DNA of 64,000 nucleotides from Negativicutes bacterium (GTDB lineage Bacteria; Bacillota; Negativicutes; UBA1444): NCBI GenBank assembly GCA_963665275.2, contig CAXXIN010000018.1, positions 192,001 to 256,000 of the forward strand, read 5' to 3'. Shown piece by piece: positions 59,941 to 64,000 of this stretch (position 1 is its first letter; each line of letters starts with the position of its first letter). The notes under the pieces were generated by a model. It saw only the letters and a program-made list of their open reading frames with translations, ran no database searches and was not told where the DNA came from. The position numbers and the translations under genes were made by a program.

Positions 59941-61248
59941 TTGAGAAATTGGAGAGACCTCAGTAAAGGGAAAATAGTGTCGGCGACCGAAGCCGTGAAA
60001 GCCATAAAATCAGGTGACAGAGTCGTAATCGGGCATGCCTGCGGCGAACCGCAGACTTTGGTCGCAGCGATGATGGACCGGGCGTCGGAACTGAAAAATG
60101 TAGAAATCGTGCACATGGTGGCGATGGGACCGGCCAACTATGCCCAGCCTGGCATGGAAGAAAGTTTTCACCATAATGCTCTGTTTGTTGGCGGATCAAC
60201 GCGCAAAGCAGTGGCGGAAAAACGTGCGGATTATACCCCTTGCTTTTTTTCAGAGATCCCACGTTTGTTTCGTGAAGGGTATTTGTCTGTTGATGTGGCA
60301 TTGGTTCAAGTGACACCGCCAGATGATACGGGTCATTGTAGTTTGGGAGTTTCAGTCGACTATACCTATGAGGCGATAAAACAAGCGCGAATCGTAATTG
60401 CACAGGTGAATCGAAATCTGCCCCGCACTTGCGGACAAAAAGTCCATTTGGATGAGCTTGATCTTTTAGTCGAACAAGAGGAGCCGTTAATCGAACTTCA
60501 ACCACCGAAGATTGGCAACATAGAAAAAGCAATTGGTGAAAATATCGCGACTTTGGTAGAAGACGGAGCTACCTTGCAACTCGGGTATAGGGGCAATTCC
60601 TGACGCGGCGTTATTGTTCCTTGGCGGCAAAAAGGACCTGGGAATTCATTCGGAAATGTTTTCTGATGGCGTGGTGGCATTGGCAGAGAGCGGCGTCATA
60701 AACAACCGTAAAAAAAGTATGCATCCAGATCGGTTTGTAGCCACTTTCCTGATGGGAACGCGACGCCTCTATGATTTCGTTGATAATAATCAAGCAGTGG
60801 AGTTGCATCCGGTAGATTTCGTAAATGATCCCTGTATAATCAAGATGCAGCATAAAATGGTATCGATCAACTCGGCGCTGCAAGTGGATCTTGCAGGCCA
60901 AGTGAACGCCGAATCGATTGGCTACCGTCAATTCAGCGGTACAGGCGGACAGGTCGATTTTATTCGCGGCGCCAGCATGTGCGAAGGGGGAAAGTCGATC
61001 ATAGCCTTCTCATCTACGGCAGCCGGCGGCTCCATCTCAAGAATCACGACTGCATTAGAATGCGGGGTCTGCTGTTACTACGACGAGAAAATGATGTGCA
61101 TTATGTGGTGACCGAATACGGTATCGCAGATCTGCGGGGGAAAACGCTGCGCAGCCGCGCAAAGGCCTTAATTGAGATAAGTCATCCGAATTTTCGGGTA
61201 ACGTTGATGAAAGAAGCAACTGAAAAAAGGAATATTATAAAAAAATAA
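59941..61248 (+). CDS. cat2: 4-hydroxybutyrate CoA-transferase (Cat2/AbfT), interrupted by three +1 homopolymer insertions
   Basis: HACGEP, GATLQLG(IGAIPDA), HSEMFSDG, SGTGGQVDF, VVTEYGIADLRGK; extra bases at 60583-85, 61064-67, 61088-91; repaired product 434 aa. Confidence 0.85.
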
Positions 61249-61645
61249 CCGCACAAATAGTGTTGAGTATTGCGGAAATTACTAATTGGCAGCGTTTCGG
61301 ACGGAATTTCCCCAATGATTTTTAAAAGCATAAGTCGACGAATTCGTGCGTTTTGTTTGCCTGGACTTCGGTTCAGGCTGATTTTTTATTTTCATGGGGC
61401 GCATATTCAATTCGAATTGACCTTACAAAAATTGTCCGGAAAAAGTGTTGGTAAGTCCAATAACGTTATCCGCGCTGCTGGTTGGATTGGGTGCCAGCAT
61501 GCGAGAAAATTTTCCCTGCGGGTTGCCGCCTTTGCCGGCTGGGTCAGGTAGGCATCTGAATTGCGTCGCTGTGCGCGGGCTCCAGCCCGGCTGCGCCGAT
61601 CTTCCCGCTCCGTGCTCGCGCCACCGTTGCAACAGTTTCCGATAA

Positions 61646-61674
61646 TTGACAAACGTTTTCCAACTCGATATACT
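61646..61674 (+). promoter_or_regulatory. sigma70 promoter of the MFS leader
   Basis: TTGACA-N17-TATACT. Confidence 0.7.
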
Positions 61675-61708
61675 GAAACAAAGTTATTATCGGACCGGAG
61701 GGAATGCC

Positions 61709-61759
61709 ATGTTTCCAGCGTATTTGCCGAAAATAGAATTTTACCAGCCTTCGCCATAA
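61709..61759 (+). CDS. putative leader peptide MFPAYLPKIEFYQPSP
   Basis: GGAGGG 6 nt upstream; lies between the promoter and a leader terminator. Confidence 0.45.
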   Translation: MFPAYLPKIEFYQPSP

Positions 61760-61800
61760 ATGGCGGAATGGATCGGGTCCAGTATCAGTGTTGATTTTTT

Positions 61801-61835
61801 GGAGCCGTGCGCTAGGTGCATGGCTCTATTTTTTT
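61801..61835 (+). terminator. leader terminator upstream of the MFS gene
   Basis: GGAGCCGTGCGC-TAG-GTGCATGGCTCT-A-T7. Confidence 0.75.
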
Positions 61836-61848
61836 GCGGAGGTTTCTC

Positions 61849-63004
61849 ATGGAGCGTGATAAGACATTTTGGGGCCTGATTGGGGCGGTGTTTTTGATGA
61901 TGATTGGAGTGGGCATGATTGTGGCGCTATTGCCGCAGCGAGTGATTGAACTGGACGGGGCATAGCCGGTTTGTCGGGTATTTGGCCTCCGCAGTCGCGT
62001 TACCCTATATTGCGCTGCAGGTACCGATCGGATCGCTGGCCGACCGATTTGGCTTCAAACCGTTTCTGGTTGGGAGCTACGGGGTTTGTTTCGCAGCCGG
62101 ATTGTTATTTTATTTCTCAGATCGTTCTTTCATGCTGTTCTGGGGTCGCTTGCTCCAAGGCGTAGGGGAAGCGCCGGTATGGGCTTTGGCTCCGGCTTTG
62201 CTGACGTTGCGTTTTCCAAGCCGCAAGGGAAAAGTGATGGGGATTTACAACGCAACCATTCATTTGGGGTTGATGACAGGGTCGGCGGGCGGGATTGTAG
62301 TTGCAAAGATTTGGCAAAAAGGTGAGCCATTTCTGCTCTACGCGACCCTTTGCCTACTGGGGGCTGTGGTTCTGGGCATCGCATTGCCTGGGACAAAACC
62401 GGCGGCAGTGTCTGAAAGAGAGACTTGGACCTTGGCAAGACTGGGCGCATTGCTGCGGCAGGGAGGTGTCGCGGGAACTTTGGCAGGCATTGCATTATAT
62501 GGAGCAGGGTATGGGATTTTTCTTACGAATATTCCGGCTTATCTGTTGGAGGTAAAAACCGCATCGGCTACCATGGTCGGCATCTTTTTCGCCTTGTTTT
62601 ATTTGGCGGTCAGTGTTGCCCAGGTTGTAACGGGGCCTTTGACAGACAGGCTGGGTAGCCGGATTTTCATGGCCGGAGGGTTGGGGTTGGCAGCTCTGGG
62701 AATGAGTGCATCGCCGTTTTGCGATTTGGAAGGGTTACTTCTCGTATTGTCGATAGGAAGTTTGGGCTTGGGCGTATTTTGTATAGCTTCGATGACATTT
62801 TTGCAGGGTGCAGTACCGGATGCATTGAAAGGAACGACAGGCGGGGCTTATTATCTGTTCTGGGGGCTGGGTATGTTTGTCGGGCCGCCTCTGTTCACGA
62901 TGATGGCTCAAGGTCAGGGATATTTCTGGGCAATGCAAGCTTATGCCGGTTTGTTGGGCCTCGGCGCATTGGGGATTGTTGCCATGATTAAACGGAAAGG
63001 CTAG
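61849..63004 (+). CDS. MFS transporter (drug:H+ antiporter-like), +1 frameshift at G4 61957-61960
   Basis: RBS GGAGG, MERDKTFWGLIGAVFLMMIGVGMIVALLP, GSLADRFG, GRLLQGVG. Confidence 0.85.
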
Positions 63005-63351
63005 CCATATTTCGAAGACGGTAATATGATTCAGCAGAAAAAAGACCGGCGAAAAAAGAAGATGAAAATTCACGAAAATAAACTGCTGCGACACAGGAGC
63101 GAGGGCCCTGATCCACAGCAGTTTGTTTTTTTGTCCTCTCATTTTAGGCGCTTTTGCTATTTTGGCAAGGGGAGAGCTGCTGCGCAGCCGGCCGCAATCA
63201 AAAGGATGGGAGGCTGCACAACATGGAAAAAGCGTTAAGCGTCTTTGAGAACCGGCGGAAGAGTGTCGAGGATATGCGGGAGTTGCTGAATGATCTGTGC
63301 TATAATCAGGCACCATCTCCAAGGGTTATTGGGATGTAAGGAGAAAATGAT

Positions 63352-63552
63352 ATGACCACTTTGTTAAGGTACTGTTTAAAGTTTGCTTTATATGTTGCTG
63401 GAATCGGTGCTGCTTTGGGTTATGTATTTCTAGTTTGCATTTTTGTAGAAAGCTTTACCAAGGATTCAGTGGTATTCATACTGAGCTTGGGGGCGATTTT
63501 GAGCGGTACTGCGTTTGGAATCAATAAATATTGGTTTTCAAAACAGGGATAA
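63352..63552 (+). CDS. small two-TM membrane protein
   Basis: RBS AAGGAG; two hydrophobic stretches. Confidence 0.55.
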   Translation: MTTLLRYCLKFALYVAGIGAALGYVFLVCIFVESFTKDSVVFILSLGAILSGTAFGINKYWFSKQG

Positions 63553-63799
63553 GACAGGAGCCTTTCTTGCGTTTTCCGATAATTTGCCGACAAGAGACAA
63601 ATGAACCACATATGATACGTTTTAGCAGGTAATTAATTTGCTGGGGCTGATATCGTGTCGCCGCGGAAATAATAAAACCATAAAATATTTTATGGTATAA
63701 AAAAGGATACTATGGCACAAAAAAGTGCATACTTGTATTAAATATGCTTGATAGGTATTATTAAAACATGGATGCAAATAAATGGGGAGGGAGTAATGG

Positions 63800-64000
63800 A
63801 TGGCAAAACATATACTTGTGCTAACAGGCAGTCCCAGAAAAGGCGGCAATAGTGACAAGCTGGCGGATGCTTTTATTGCCGGGGCTCAACAGGCAGGACA
63901 CACGACTGTTAAATTTTCAACTGCAGAAAAAAACATCAAGGGTTGTATAGACTGTCAGACTTGTTTCACCAGAGGAAGCGCCTGCTCCATACCGGACGAT
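63800..64000 (+). CDS. iron-sulfur flavoprotein / NADPH-dependent FMN reductase family (3'-truncated by the window)
   Basis: RBS GGAGGGAG; MAKHILVLTGSPRKGGNS, CIDCQTC..C. Confidence 0.88.
   Translation, partial: MAKHILVLTGSPRKGGNSDKLADAFIAGAQQAGHTTVKFSTAEKNIKGCIDCQTCFTRGSACSIPDD

Noticed and set aside
63223-63339. 38-aa ORF MEKALSVFENRRKSVEDMRELLNDL with GGAGG
   Set aside because: Possibly a gene fragment, but no recognisable family.

Overview
Bacterial chromosomal window, probably from an anaerobic Negativicutes (Sporomusaceae-like) organism. This is inferred from gene order and protein style, not from a search. 1-10.3 kb is core genome (rpsA 3' end, fni, DUF512, cobO, der, plsY, gpsA, phosphoesterase, thrR-hom-thrB, tRNA-Pro). 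Directly after tRNA-Pro are decayed remnants of an integrative element, then a GGDEF/HD-GYP gene, PfpI, lplA and a hydrolase. 16.7-36 kb holds PyrR-attenuated pyrE, typA, a liv-type ABC transporter, glnA with an ANTAR-like leader, a heterodimeric ABC exporter, an M20 amidohydrolase, a TAXI-TRAP transporter and an acyl-CoA dehydrogenase. The most interesting part is a ~24 kb sigma54-controlled catabolic island after tRNA-Val. Its first module is a PAS enhancer-binding protein with a beta-keto acid cleavage enzyme, a 3-hydroxyacid dehydrogenase and a ketopantoate-reductase-like enzyme. Its second is an AcoR-like regulon: an MFS transporter, two SDRs, an MDR, a VOC protein, 4-hydroxybutyrate dehydrogenase, lipB/lipA, an acetoin-dehydrogenase-type E1a/E1b/E2/E3 complex, 4-hydroxybutyryl-CoA dehydratase, NifU and 4-hydroxybutyrate CoA-transferase. 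I infer a possibly undescribed route in which an acyloin acid (e.g. 4-hydroxy-5-oxohexanoate from 4,5-dihydroxyhexanoate) is cleaved to an acyl-CoA plus succinic semialdehyde, which then goes to crotonyl-CoA. Several single-base frameshifts in homopolymers suggest sequencing errors. All assignments come from motif recognition by eye; no database searches were run.
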